A DNA stretch of 64,000 nucleotides, taken from Lytechinus pictus (lineage: Eukaryota). The notes beneath the pieces were generated by a model. It was not told where the DNA came from, did no database searches, and saw only the letters and a list, made by a program, of their open reading frames with translations. The translations under genes and the position numbers were made by a program. This document shows, piece by piece, positions 63,180 through 64,000 of this stretch. The DNA lies in the NCBI RefSeq assembly GCF_037042905.1, contig NC_087251.1, positions 16,060,001 through 16,124,000 on the forward strand, written 5' to 3'. Positions within the stretch are counted from its first letter, which is position 1; each line of letters begins with the position of its first letter.

Positions 63180-63398
63180 CATTCTTAAAACGAATCAGTC
63201 AAATTGACTATAGACCAGTAGTCAGTTGGGTACAACTGATATGGCAATCACTGATAGTCACATTTCTGACATAATTATATTCTAGTCAGAAATAACTCTT
63301 AGTAAAATATGACTAGAAATATTAAAATATGACTCGGAATAACAGTTGCATCCAGCTGACCCAATTAACTAGTCATTTACTGATTTGTTTTTAGAGTG
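63180..63398. mobile_element. Short CACT-terminal (EnSpm-like) MITE
   Basis: CATTCTTAAAACGAATCAGTCAAATTGACTA versus the right-end reverse complement CACTCTAAAAACAAATCAGTAAATGACTA. Internal GACTA/TAGTC repeats. Confidence 0.55.
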
Positions 63399-63474
63399 CA
63401 CGTTGAAGAAAACTATTAGAAATAACAGGCATATATATAGATTATATTCATAACAGTATTAAACCGATTGGGTG

Positions 63475-63936
63475 TTAACGGTAAAATCCACGCCAGAATT
63501 TTTTTTGCTCGAATCAATAGAGAAAAATCAAACAAGAATACTGCTGAAAGTTTCATAAAAAAATTGATGTAAATAAGAAAGTTATGATATCTTAAAGTTT
63601 CGCTTATTTTTCACAAAGCAGTTCAGTGATATGCAAATGAGAGAGTCGACGATGTCCTTCACTCAATATTTATTTTGTTGTTTATTGTTTGAATTATACA
63701 ATATTTAATTTTTACTGATTTGACAGTATATTTATAAGGACCTACTTGACTGAAGCATCAAATGTTAAAACAATGGTAATTCCACATGTTCAGGGAGGAA
63801 GAAAATTTGTTTCACAGGAAAATGAGGAATTGAAATATTTCATATTTCATATAATTAAATACAAAAGAAATAGTGAGTGAGTGATGTCATCAGTCCCCCA
63901 TTTGCATACTGACCACGGTGCATATAACTGTTTTGT
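63475..63936. mobile_element. Third copy of the Kolobok-like MITE, lacking the right TIR
   Basis: Colinear with 47804-48260, e.g. AATTCCACATGTTCAGGGAGGAA and GCATATAACTGTTTTGT. Confidence 0.8.
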
Positions 63937-64000
63937 CTCCTTTGCTTTCAGAGTATACGCCTTATTCTTTAAACCTAAGATGTACATATTTTTATTTTTC

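Overview
AT-rich animal genomic DNA. The spliceosomal intron, SINE/MITE repertoire and protein sequence suggest an invertebrate deuterostome, most likely a sea urchin; this is inference. Only one host protein-coding gene is supported: a two-exon NK2.2-class homeobox gene (Nkx2.2/vnd ortholog, + strand, join 13058..13598,16916..17691, 438 aa) with a TN/eh1 motif, NK2 homeodomain, NK2-SD and C-terminal WxW. The remaining ~60 kb is gene-poor. It holds GC/CpG-richer islands that look like cis-regulatory modules, one 5'-truncated CR1/L2-group LINE with an uninterrupted RT ORF, several tRNA-derived SINEs, microsatellites, and many non-autonomous DNA elements, some nested. These include hAT-like elements (8-bp TSDs), Kolobok/piggyBac-like elements (TTAA), a Tc1/mariner-like element (TA) and a Helentron/DINE-1-like element. 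I found no convincing new multi-gene biological system. The best leads are regulatory or structural: palindromes near Nkx2.2, a MITE doublet just past a proximal poly(A) signal that could give the 3' UTR a dsRNA stem, recurring E2F-type motifs in distal islands, and unusual transposon architectures. Nearly all other ORFs in the supplied track appear spurious.
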